From contig NC_068987.1 in NCBI RefSeq assembly GCF_001194135.2, positions 95,277,977 to 95,323,963 on the forward strand: a stretch of DNA of 45,987 bases, written 5' to 3'. A program made the position numbers and the translations under genes. Position 1 is the first letter of the stretch, and every line of letters starts with the position of its first letter. Of this stretch, positions 12,382 to 23,795 are shown piece by piece. The DNA comes from Octopus bimaculoides. Its lineage: Eukaryota. Under the pieces are notes generated by a model. The model was not told the DNA's origin. It worked only from the letters and a program-made list of their open reading frames with translations, and ran no database searches.

Positions 12382-12617
12382 CCAGACGAGAATGTGGTGG
12401 GGTGGAGTTGTGTAGCATTGCAAATAGTTTTTGCAGCTATATCATGCTTCAGAGGCAGCTAGTTTCTCGTAGATATTTTGGGGCAACTGATGATGGTGTG
12501 AGTGTTATCTTCTACACTAGCATAACAGAGTCCACAATTTTCATCACAACGTGGAGGTTTAGAGGCATCTTTGTCCAATGTATGTATGAATTTATGTATG
12601 TATATATATGCATATAT
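12382..12617 (-). repeat. 236-bp direct repeat copy 2
   Basis: Matches 11848-12083; period 534 bp. Confidence 0.85.
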
Positions 12618-13723
12618 GTACACATATATATGTGTGTGTGCGTGTATTTCTTAATAATAATAATAATAATAATACTAAATAGCATAAGCCTCCTTACGCT
12701 TTACTGAGTTATCAAAATTCCCTTGTGTATCTGATAATAATATCTGACATAGTATGAAAACTACAGGCGACATAAATTTTTACTACCGTGATTAAGGGAT
12801 GTCATCGTGTTACTCTGGTGATTAACGGTTGTCAATGATTACTCTACGTCATTTGGTTTTCCAGGGTTTTCACTGTATTCATCATTCCTCATATTGTGTA
12901 AAGATGAATTATTAAGCATAAATATTATAGTCAATATTCTCTGCTCGATATTTTAGAATTGTCTTTCCTTCATGGCACACAAACATAATCCACTTTTTGA
13001 AATTTTAGTGAATAATAGTTTGCCTGCAATGACTATCACTACAACTACTGTTATCCTCCTAAACTAATGTTTAAATTCATAGTCAATATTGATTTATTAC
13101 ACTGGCACAATGCCATATGAATGCGAATATTAATATATGTGCTGTGTGATGACTTGGCACCGATGCCATATCGCCTAACAGCATTTACTTCTGTGTCCTT
13201 CTATACAGTTTAAAACCCTCCGGGGTCTACTTTGCCTCTTATCTCTCCAATGAATCAAATAGCATTCATATAATAGAATCGATTCAGTCAGCTTCCACTC
13301 TTTTTCTACAAATATCAGGCTTGAATCATTTCAAGAAGCTCACATAAATATGCTAAGAAAATTGCGTAACGATAAAAATAAAAATAAAGATTTAAAACAC
13401 ATGAAAACATGGCACACCGCATCAAATTTGGCTTCTTCACATTCCATGTTCTAATCACAATTCAAACCAGAAGTAAGCAACAAATACATACCTTATCTTT
13501 CCTGGTACAAATAAACGTGGTTCGTAGACTCGATACAACTGCGAATAACAGGACTTTCGATAGTTTATGGGTATTTTTAATTAGTTACCTTCTGAAAACT
13601 AGAAGGTAACCACTTGTCACCTTCTGAAAACCAGGGCTTGTGCGTAGCTGAAAAATGAGAATTAATTTACAATTTATAATTGTCTATATTTAAATCAATG
13701 TACAGTATACGCCAGTATGATGT

Positions 13724-13845
13724 GAAGCGCTTGGTCTAGTGGTTAAGGTGTAACACTCACAAACGCTAAAGCGTAGGTTCGATTCCAGGACCTAGAGGCG
13801 TGTTGTGTTCTGAAGCAAAACACTTCATTTTAGACTGCCCTGCCA
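13724..13845 (+). mobile_element. tRNA-derived SINE family C: head plus conserved central domain
   Basis: A-box TGGTCTAGTGGTTAAGG and B-box GGTTCGATTCC, followed by GTTGTGTTCTGAAGCAAAACACTTCATTT, which resembles the GTGTCCTTGAGCAAGACACTT-type central domains of widespread metazoan SINE superfamilies. Confidence 0.75.
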
Positions 13846-14048
13846 ATGTGGGAACAGCAGAATCGTTGGCGCGTTGGCAGAGAGGGTTTATGCTATATGT
13901 TTCGGTTTCTCTATATTCTGAAAAAGGCAACGAGAGAAACCACTCAAGTACTCATCCCAAGTCTATTCAGCAATCTACTTAACGGAGGCAGGGAGAGTCC
14001 GGCCTCTCCCAGGTAGTGTTGAGAGAGAGCTGGAGAATGTTTGACATT

Positions 14049-14134
14049 CACAGGACCTGCCCAAGGGAAGACTACCACAGGAGACCTGCCCAACGAAGGA
14101 CTACCACACAGGACCTGTCCAAGGGAAGACTACT
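14049..14134 (+). repeat. Three imperfect tandem copies of a ~28-bp unit (ACAGGACCTGCCCAAGGGAAGACTACC)
   Basis: Direct reading. Confidence 0.85.
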
Positions 14135-14604
14135 AATCTTTAAATTGTTATGGTGAAATTTCCAGGTTCATATGTTGGTTTGCTTCCGATATTTGTGAAA
14201 GCAGCGTATAATTTATACTATTTTTAAGCAAATTCAGTTCTACAGTTACAAAGTAATTTGGATTGTGATTTATCGTGGCGATCATTTTTGTTAGTTTATT
14301 AATCAGCTACAAGTTACTAACCTATCCTGAAACCACACCCCTCACTCTTCATGATGGAGCGAAATTGCATGTTTTTCTTTTAAAAAAAAGATATACCATA
14401 CAACATGTACATTTATATATGTGGAGAACTATGATGTCAGCGCCTTCTAAACTGCCAGACCTACAGAGCTGTTTCATAACGGCCTGTACTAAGAGGAAAA
14501 TATGGATCTCAAGGGTAAATTGGTAGTCCTGGACATTCGTAGTTGCTTATCCCATTAATGACGGTTATGTCACAAATGGATAAATCATGGGTAAATCAAT
14601 TTTT

Positions 14605-14762
14605 TTTATCAACTGCAGTATTTGATGGGTACTTATTTATCGTTCCCGATAAGGTGAAATGCAAAGTCGACTACAGTGGAATATGAATTCAAAGCTTATA
14701 TAATCGGAAGAAATGCCGCTAAACATTTTATTCGACTCGCTAATAATTCCGCTATCTCACTG
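14605..14762 (-). mobile_element. SINE family A, degenerate
   Basis: GTACTTATTTATCG..AAAGTCGAC..GGAATATGAATTCA..GAAATGCCGCTAAACATT. Confidence 0.7.
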
Positions 14763-14763
14763 C

Positions 14764-14900
14764 AACAGCAGCAGTAGCAGCAGTAGCAGCAGCAGTAGTA
14801 GCAGTAGTAGTTGTAGTAGTAGTAGTAGTAGTGGTGGTGGTGGTGGTCGTCGTGGTGGTAGTCGTGGTGGTGGTGGTGGTGGTCGTCGTCGTCGTCGTGG
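14764..14900. repeat. Compound trinucleotide tract AGC to AGT to GGT to CGT
   Basis: Direct reading. Confidence 0.95.
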
Positions 14901-17900
14901 TAATATGTTTCGGTGTAACATATTAAATATGTTAATTTTTCTGATATTTTAGACAATTCAGCGAGGCTTCTGTCCAATATCTGATGCCAGTAGCATAATT
15001 AAAAAAACCTAAATAATTAATTTTACTTAATTTTTTTCTTATTAATTATTTCAATTTTATTTATTGAATAATTAATTTTATTAAAATGTATTAACTATAA
15101 TTTATTTTACAAATAAAACTGTTGAAAATACAAAAAAATAAACGAACAATTTTATATGAATATATAAAGCAAAGCTTAATTAAAAACGTATAATTTAATG
15201 AGACAATAATGCAATTAACACATGTCGCCTATACACAGAAGAACCGTAACCTGTATTGCCGTAGAGCAGCTTACAACTCGGCTTGTTTGCCTTTCCTCTT
15301 AATGGAAACCAGAGCACCAATAGACAACAACAAGTATCCTTTCCTATGGACAACACAAAATTCATTAACAACATAATCTTTAAAGTGTCACGGTTTCACC
15401 TAATTTTGCCTGCCCTATTTCCTCCTTTTCAATTAGCATTTCATTATCATAATCAGACTTGAAAATGTCCATCTTAACACTCAAGGCAATGTTGTTTATT
15501 TGCAAGACAATAAATATGAAAGTCGTCCCTAACTCGTTATATCTCTTATATCTCTGCTTGTTGTTAGCGTTCAATGTCAGTTCTTTTCATTTTACACTTT
15601 CCGACATTTTTTCACTCCTGCCTATCGACTTTTTGTTTCTGTTGTCTTCCCTCAATGGAGTAGAACTTCAAATAAACTCAACTTCAGTCCCCCCCCCCGA
15701 CTGCCTGCATCCTGCTTGTTAACACTCGGCGCTGCGACCGTGGTGAGTCCGTCAGTCATCCTGTAAACCATGACCGGTGGTGTTTTTGAAAAAGTTAATT
15801 CTGTGCCTAACTGTTGTTACCGGTTCTGCTTCACTGGAGCTATGCACTTGCTAATATAGCTCTGTGATCTTCAGAGAAATTCAGACCAGCATGTATGTGT
15901 TGAACCCATATAGCCGCATATTTCTACTGATCACCGCAACATTTGCAGCCAACATGTATTTTACTGAAAATGTTTGTGATAAGCCAACGACCGACATACC
16001 AACAAAGCCTTGATCTGTATATTGCGGTATAAGACTTTGGGTAAGAGTGCAGCGCACCAACTCTACCTGCCACTTCTACTCCACTTTCCATTCAGAAGCT
16101 CAGTTTAAAGTCTCCTTTACTCTTTTACTGACAGGTAGAAATTCTATCACATCACACACCATCTAAGGTTTCCTTTGATTGCACCATCCAGGGCACAGTG
16201 AAAAACGCTTTGGCGAAGTGCGTCAGTTATATGCTCACATTTTCTGCGATGACAATGTCAGTGTGACAGAGAATTTTCCTGTCAAACCTCCCCTATATTT
16301 GACCTTCTTTCCCCATATTCACAGATTTCCTCCTGTAGTGGTAAATAATACTTTGAACGTGTCCCAAGGATATTTGAACTGGTAATAACCTTGCATTTAT
16401 ACACATCACTGCCTAGCGCTGCAGGCCCGTAGTTTGTTTACGGTGAGCCGCCAATTGACGCTACCAGACATTGTACGATAACTGAAATATCATACGAGAA
16501 ACAATCTTTATTATCAGCTCTCGGCGCACCCTGTTCGGTTTTTGTAACTGAAGAGGAGATAACCAGTCCAAAATGCCTGCATCCCACAGTCTAGTTAGTT
16601 GGCGCTGCGAGCTGATTTTTGGTGTATTTACACCATTTGTCATGACAAAACATAGTGAATTGCTTTCTTATGGGCTCGAACGTACCCCAAACATATTTAA
16701 ATTGGTAATAATCTTCCATTTATGGATGATGATACACTTCTTTTCATCAGCCACTCTTTACATTTCAAAGATATATTTCTGTTTTTCAATATATTTTCCA
16801 ATGGTTGTACTCTTAGAAACGGATCCTCCACGAACTTAAGCTGAGTTACTGAGAGATGCTAGAAGAACTGTAGCTCTAATCCCTGGAGAGAAAGTGAGAA
16901 AGATATGCAGCTCCCAACTTTGGAATTAAAGCTATACTAACCACCGAATTGAATGGAACTGTATAATAGCAAAGATCCCGTTTTCTCCATTTTGAATAAG
17001 GTCCTAGTACTGCAACAGCTTGAGTTTCAGGGGACCATAACTATTCAATATCCTGCCAAACAACCTCAGAGACTTGTATGATGTAGGTGTGGAGATATTC
17101 TAAAAGCATATGGACAAATTTCAATTCGAAATCTAGACAAACACACATTGCAGTAAGAGGCACTTTCTACAAAGCTGTAGTCTGATACGACAGAAGTGGA
17201 TATAAAGGTTGACAAAACTGAATTCATTCTGCGTATTCCCTGTTTCCTCATGTCTTGTGGTACAATAGAGCACATCATGGCAAGAGTCTCTATGCAAGGT
17301 GCATTTCTGGGCAAGGATTTTGTTTTAAAGATTAATTTAATTTGCTCATTAAGGAAAGCCTTTTCTTTCCATAATACCAATGATGCTCAAGATAAATGCA
17401 AATATTTATAATGTATGGCAGCAGCGTTTTTCGAAAAAGACTGGCAGAAGCGTTGCCGTCAGAACGCAAAGAGCTGGGGAAAATACAAAAAATACAATAA
17501 GTTATTCCACAGAACGCTATGCGAATTTCACCAGTCCATCACCTTGTGCCTTGAAAGGATGGAATACGATGTTGACCTCGATAAAAGACAGAGTGAAAGG
17601 AATCTAGAACTAATATGTTATATCGATTCTTTTATTTCATTTCCACAAAGTTTCTATAAGCAAATACAAGCATCACAATTAATTTCATATGATTTAGCCA
17701 TAATCCAATATCATCAAAGAGAGATGAGCATTCAGTTAATGATAGTTATACTTTTATTAATTCTACTAGTTTATTATTCTACTAGTTTCAGTCTTTGGAT
17801 TGTGATCACATTTTACATAACAAATCATTCTTGCGTCCTACTACTATTTTACCAACTAGTGGATACCATACCGATCCCGGAAAGAATAGAAGGTAAAAAT

Positions 17901-18119
17901 GTACCTATGTATAATATTTACTCAAAAGATAAAGGAAGAGAACCAAATATAAGGTATTTATTCTGACAATCTACCGATTCAATAATATACATTATATAAA
18001 ATATAAAACATAATTTAACAGTCCTGGAATCCGAATAAAACAGTAGTGTTTACTTCCTGTAAAAACTAACTCTTACGACATTCACATAGAGATATATATT
18101 GCTGTTCACTCCTTTTGTA

Positions 18120-18780
18120 TATATAAAACATGGCCGTTGATACCGAAGTTGCTGCTACTGCTGTTGTTGCTGCCGCCACCGATAGTGTTGATGGTGTTGC
18201 TACTGATGTTGGTGTTAATTGTTCCGAAAATGTTGGTGAGGATAGTGTTGTTAGTGCGTTGTGAAAGTAAAGCTGTTGCGATTTTAATATTAATGATGGC
18301 GGCGGTGATGGTTGAATGTGTGGTACAGTTAGTAGTGATGTGTATTGATGCCGAGTGCAGTGGCTGTGTTAGAGAAGAGGAGAGAATGTTGGTGTTTCTG
18401 TTCATTTTAGTGGTATTGGTTGTATTGGTTAGCGGATGGTGATAGCTGTGATAAAGTTGGCGATAGATGCGATGACAACAATAATGACGATGGTGGCGTT
18501 TTTGCTGAGGATACGGGTAGGGTGAGGGTTAATGTTGTTGCTGTGTATAACGGTAATGGTATAATAATATTAATGATGATGACGATGGGGGGGGGAGCTG
18601 CTGCTGCTGTTGCTAGAGGTTATAGTGGTGGTCGTGGTGAAGGTAGTTTAAGTGACTGCTTTGGGGGTAGCGGTGCATTTGTTGTTGGTAGCGGCTGTAG
18701 TGGTGATGATGGTATTCTAGTTGTTATTGTTGTTGATGGTTGCAGCGGTAGTAGAGATATTAGCAGCAAGAGAAGATGAG
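18120..18780. repeat. Degenerate G/T-rich trinucleotide low-complexity region
   Basis: GTT/GGT/GAT/GCT mosaic; the overlapping ORFs are low-complexity artefacts. Confidence 0.85.
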
Positions 18781-19191
18781 GAGTGAGGGTGTGGGGTGAG
18801 CAGAGAGTAGTATGTGCTTTAGTTAGGATGGTCAAACAGACCCGACCGCAGTGATGTTGGACTAGGCAGTGGTGGTTAGCACACAGGTTAAGTGTTCCCT
18901 TGTCCATGCAAGAATGGTTTTCATGAAAAGGAATCAATAAACTCTGAACGAACTGCTGCAACATCAATCGGAAAAACCACCCAAGCTGAAACCGAGTGAG
19001 TGCTTTTAATCCGGCGCCAACGGCAACGGCAGCTCTGTACTGGTGTAGTTCTGTTTTGATTTGTTAATCAGTGCATGACTAAATCTTAATAAAATTGCGG
19101 AGGACACGCGCACGCGCACAGACATATACTCACACACACACACACATGTATATACATAGATACAAGTACACGCAAGCATACATATTCAGAA

Positions 19192-19234
<43 letters not shown>

Positions 19235-19817
19235 ACAGCGCACATACACTCATATACAACACTCTCACGTACACTTCTATAAAAACCCTAACATACACAC
19301 ATCTACAAAGCCGAACATAAAAACACTCACAGATCAGCAAATTTAAATGCAGTCAGGTCGAGGTATTTCTATTTACTCATATACACACACATACACACAC
19401 ACACACAACCATACACACAATGAAACAGTGATGAAAGTAAAGATAGCCACACAGTTGCATTTACTTTCACGCGAACAAAATCACGAGTATTTGTGGTAAT
19501 GTTTCTAGCGTATATCTGCATCACCCACCCCCTGCATACTGTCGCACACACACACGTACATATATATCTATACACACCAACACGCATCTACAAGCATGCA
19601 TATTTTATATACACAATGAGAAATAGCTTATATATGGCTTATTGCACCACCTTTTCTCATTTACTTCAAATCTTAATTTCCTTCATTCTCATTCTTTTCA
19701 CACACACACACACACACAAACACACACATATACACACATAGACATACATACAAACACACACGTACACACGCACATAAACGCGCACACACATATCATATTT
19801 TGTCTTTTATCTTTGAC

Positions 19818-19975
19818 TTGTTTCAGTCACTGGATTGCGGCCAGGCAGAGGCACCGCCTTAAAGGACTTAGTTGAGCTAGTCATATGTATTTATAAGTCT
19901 GGTACCTATACTATCGGACTCTTTTAGCAAATATGTTACAGGGACGTAAAGAAATTAACATACAATTATCTAAGC
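19818..19975 (+). mobile_element. SINE-like family B
   Basis: TTGTTTCAGTCACTGGATTGCGGCCAGGCAGAGGCACCGCCTT..CTATCGGACTCTTTT..GTTACAGGGACGTAAA. Confidence 0.75.
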
Positions 19976-20076
19976 GGAATATAGATATAATTTAAGCGAC
20001 AACAAAAACTGTTATAGAAGTTGAAGGGAGCTAATATACTAGAAAAAAGAACAGACCTAACAAGTTTTACATAATT

Positions 20077-20545
20077 ATGGGTTCTAGTGACTCGGCGCGA
20101 AATTATCTGGCATTTATATGTTACACCACATCAATAAAGAATTCCCAGGGATACAGGATGGTCTCTATAAAGCCGACACTTTGTTCACATTTTATGAATG
20201 TAGTAATTTAACAATAGAAATAAAATAGGAAGAAACTTACTGCATTTTTCAAAACTTAAGGACTATCTATCTCATTGGAGAAAGACTATAGCAGTGTAAA
20301 GTTACCGGTTTACATTAGCTCTTAGTACTGGATTTTATCATCCGTACCGTAAACCTAATGACAACTTCTAGCACGGCAATAGAAAATCTAATCATCCTAG
20401 ATCAGTAGTTAATTCATTAATTATGGTTAAGTCCCTTAGAGTATCCAGTCTCTCAACTTACAAAGTAATTTTTTGACAGAAAAAAGAATACTATAATGAT
20501 GATTTGGCTAGGAGTGTATACAATGAAAAAATCCAATGTATTCCT
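20077..20545 (+). mobile_element. Penelope-like element relic, RT core and thumb
   Basis: Reads MGSSDSA..SGIYMLHHINKEFPGIQDGLYKADTL (degenerate GLYRDD), then FTLALSTGFYHPYRKPNDNF*HGNRKSNHPRSVVNSL..RVSSLSTYKVIF..EYYNDDLARSVYNEKI, matching Penelope PYRKPN..SNHP motifs. Confidence 0.88.
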
Positions 20546-20891
20546 AAGGAGGGTAATGGGAAGACACCTATAGACAGTAAAATATGTGCACCATTGCTAA
20601 GAAATATCGGCCATCTTGATAATAGTTAGCTACGCTACGGGATATGGTAATAGGATAGTTAATATAAAGAATATTAGGTGAAGTAAGATAAATGCAGTCA
20701 ACATATCAAAGGAAGTTAACTATCTCAGAAGAAAAGGGATAGTCTAAATAACTGTGTGATTCCATGTGAAAGGTTCGAAATTAATCCAGTTATTCTAGAG
20801 ATTAGACAACCTACAGGATCTGGAAATAAGAATAAATATAGGTGAAAGTATTCTGGAGTTGGGTATGGACGCAACACTGCATGACAATATT

Positions 20892-21121
20892 TATTTCATT
20901 GCCCACAACGGGCTAAACATAGAGAGGACAAACAAGGACAAAGGGATTAAGTCGATTACATCGATCCCAGTGCATAACTGGGTACTTATTTAATCGACTC
21001 CGAAAGGGTGAAAGGCAAAGTCGACCTCGGTGGAATTTGAACTCAGAACGTAATGGCAGACGAAATACCGCTAAGCATTTCGCCCGGCGTGCTGACGATT
21101 CTGCCAGCTCGCCGCTTCTTG
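20892..21121 (-). mobile_element. Well-preserved SINE family A copy with an alternative 3' tail and a candidate 7-bp TSD (CAATATT)
   Basis: Near-consensus head GCGGCGAGCTGGCAGAATCGTCAGCACGCCGGGCGAAATGCTTAGCGGTATTTCG..GTTCAAATTCC. CAATATT occurs at 20885-20891 and 21122-21128. Confidence 0.92.
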
Positions 21122-21189
21122 CAATATTACAGACAAAGATATACGGACAAGTAGTTATACTATGTTAACAAACTTATAAAAAGCAAGGT

Positions 21190-21350
21190 ACACATTAGAA
21201 AGATTAGCTGGTATAATGTTCCATACAGAGTCGTCTGTGTAACCACATATATTCCAGGTAAATTCGTAATAGTCTTGGATGAATATTTTCCACTATCAAG
21301 AATATATTGTAAGGTATTCAATAAGAATACGGTTAAATTTTCATAAAAAA
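21190..21350 (+). mobile_element. Continuation of the Penelope-like relic (linker toward GIY-YIG)
   Basis: RKISWYNVPYRVVCVTTYIPGKFVIVLDEYFPLSRIYCKVFNKNTVKFS matches RKIIWFNPPY..IG.KFL.L.DKHFP..KIFNRNTVKIS. Confidence 0.85.
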
Positions 21351-22427
21351 CTATTTTGAGATTATAAAGCAATCTAGGATCGCTTTTATGAATCGTGCAT
21401 CTAATCAGGAGAGAGTATTAATATCTTTAGATTTGTTCTGTCGCGATGTAGAGAGTGATAATCTCTCAATGTTTCAAATAGAGAATAACATTAATACAAC
21501 AAATAGACACTTTTATAACGATATGCTTAATGAATTGCTTAATAATAGGAACTGTAGCTGTTACCTCCTTAAATAACCAATGTCTAAAGAAAAACATATG
21601 TAAATGTTCGCTAATAAATCATGGACATGTCTATCGTTTCATAGGCACTTTCGCAACAAAATTTAAACCTAAATACATAATCACACTACTTCCTTAAATA
21701 TAAAAGAAAAAAAGTCATTACGCAAATTCATATGGTGTCTTAAGGGAAATGATGTTCACTACACTATCGCCTGGTCTGTCATGGGTGGCACTTTTCCGTG
21801 TAATGGTGACTGTTCTCGGAGCAATGTATGCCTGGAGAAAGTGTTTCAACTACTCGATTGTAACTTCAACTTTATTAATAAATCCAATATATATTTAATT
21901 ATTTGTCCACATTTACACAGTAAAATAATCGTAGGATTTCTAAACAAAAATCATAAATAATTAACTTATCCAGTCACATGTAGATAAATTCAATATCATA
22001 GTTAAGTTGTTAATGATTACTAGCGAGACCCGTGAATATTTCACGGAATTAATGGTAAACTTATTGTTTTTTCTGAAAACTTTATCCAAAATATCTGAAA
22101 GTGTAGCGTGTGTTGTGTCTGGATGAAAAGTTAGTCGCTCATCCGCTATTCAGTGAAAAGTAAAGGAAACTGGAATACGACGATTACTTAATGTACTTTA
22201 TATATACACTTTCTATACTTTATGCACAATTTTATAGACTTAATACACAACGCTCTCCCTCTTTCTCTCTCACTCTTCACCTTACCCTCTTTTTCTCTCT
22301 TCATTTTCTTTCTTCCCCTTCTTCTCTCGCTCTTCGCCTTTCTCTTCAACTAATCTCGCGAAAGCGTTACAGATGAACTAATTAACGGAGAAAAAAAATA
22401 CTTAGTTAAAAAAAATTGCACATTTCA

Positions 22428-22560
22428 CTCAGCACCACCCTGAAAGGGTGAGAAGCAAAGTCGACCTAAGCAGAATTTAAACGCAGGGCGTGAAAACGGA
22501 TTAAATGTTGCTAAGAATTTTATCTGGCGTACAAACGATTCTACCAGCTCGCAGCCTTAA
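22428..22560 (-). mobile_element. SINE family A, 5' half
   Basis: GCAAAGTCGACCT..GAATTTAAAC..ACGATTCTACCAGCTCGCAGCCTTAATAAT. Confidence 0.75.
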
Positions 22561-22591
22561 TAATTACAGGAATAATTATAATGGTTTCTAA

Positions 22592-22690
22592 GGTGATGAA
22601 CTGGCTGAATCATTAGCACGCTGAGCAAAATGCTTAGCGGTATTTCGTCCTTTTTTTACGTTCTGATTTCAAATGTCACCGAAATTGAGT
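22592..22690 (+). mobile_element. SINE family A head
   Basis: GAACTGGCTGAATCATTAGCACGCTGAGCAAAATGCTTAGCGGTATTTCGTC..CGTTCTGATTTCAAAT. Confidence 0.8.
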
Positions 22691-22699
22691 GAAATGTTG

Positions 22700-22880
22700 G
22701 GGGAAAGGGGTTTGTCAAATACATCAACTTCAGAGCTCAACTGGTACTTATTTTATCGACCTCGAAAAGGTGAAAGCTAAATTGACCTCAGTGGTGATTG
22801 AACTCAGAACATAAACGTAAAGAGCCGGTTCAAATACCGGAAAGCATTACTTTCCCAACACTCTAACGATTGTGCCCCAC
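22700..22880 (-). mobile_element. SINE family A, degenerate near-full copy
   Basis: AACTGGTACTTATTTTATCGACCTCGAAAAGGTGAAAG..TTGACCTCAGTGG..GAACTCAGAAC. Confidence 0.75.
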
Positions 22881-23364
22881 CATCATAATCATCATCGCAG
22901 TCTGTATCTGTAACAAAAATACGATGGTTTAGACTTCTCGCAGCCTGCCACACACAACTGGGGACACAATTCCGTGTCCATTGAATAATGTAATATGGCG
23001 CCGGTTATCTCTTACGCATTAATAATTCATACAGCATTCGCAAATAAATTATAGACCCTGTCACGTGTAAATCAATATTTTGTAAATCACTGTTTTTCTA
23101 ACATCTTTTTTTAATTAATTTGGATGTTCGCCGTACATAAGACACCGTAAACAAGCGTGAGTATTTCACTGAATTGCATTTATGCGCTTACGTGATATAA
23201 AAAACTTAGTTCATTTTTTTAATTACTTTTTGACTATGCACTCATCCTCGCCACCTTGACCACGACGACCACCAGCAGCATCACCACCATCTCTCCATCC
23301 CCCCTCTCTCTCTCCCTCTCTCTCTCCCTCTCTCTCTCCCTCTCTCTCTCTCTCNNNNNNNNNN

Positions 23365-23408
<44 letters not shown>

Positions 23409-23795
23409 CTTCTTCAATCTCACCCTCAGAACATCACCCCTCTACTAAGATTATATTTATAAGTCTCCTCTATATCACTACTTTCAACTAACTCCCTACC
23501 ACAAGACATGGACGTTTCTCTCTCCCTCTTTTGCTCTCTCCGTCTTTTTTCTCTCCCCTTTTTCTTCCTTTCTCTTACTGCCTCACTCTTCGTCTTATCC
23601 TTTTTTTAATCTCCCTTTTCTTTCTCTTTTCCTCTCTCTCCTTTCAACTAATTACGTGAAAGTGTTACAATTACGTTCCCTCTACCTCACGACATGGATG
23701 CTTCGCACTCCCTCTTTTGTTTCTCATTTTTACTCTAACCATACGAAAGCGTTACCGACGGGCTAAGTAACGTGTTGACAAGCAGAATTATGATA

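Larger units (their letters stand above)
22019..23795 (+). mobile_element. Putative non-autonomous Helentron/DINE-like element with nested SINEs
   Basis: 5' ACTAG..ACCCGTGAA-TAT-TTCACGG hairpin (22030-22046). Internal CT-rich blocks with recurring TTCAACTAA..GAAAG(C/T)GTTAC at about 22345, 23640 and 23745. The extent is inferred. Confidence 0.4.

Noticed and set aside
12950-13260. Faint Pif1/Helitron helicase-like words on the minus strand
   Set aside because: It needs several frameshifts and no complete motif is recoverable.
15380-15722. ORFs 15380-15574 (minus) and 15459-15722 (plus)
   Set aside because: No recognisable domain; possibly a decayed LINE ORF1, but unsupported.
16150-16330. 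Minus-strand THFAKAFFTVP, similar to the RT motif LDFxKAFDxVPH
   Set aside because: A single short motif without convincing neighbouring RT motifs; possibly an old LINE relic but not supportable.
16548-16583. Hammerhead-like CTGAAGA-GGA..TCC-AAAA-TGCCTGCATC
   Set aside because: G12 is replaced by A and no stem I pairing is possible.
17400-17600. Plus-strand RYANFTSPSPCALKGWNTML, similar to CR1/L2 C-termini (F..R....WN.LP)
   Set aside because: The similarity is too weak to call by eye.
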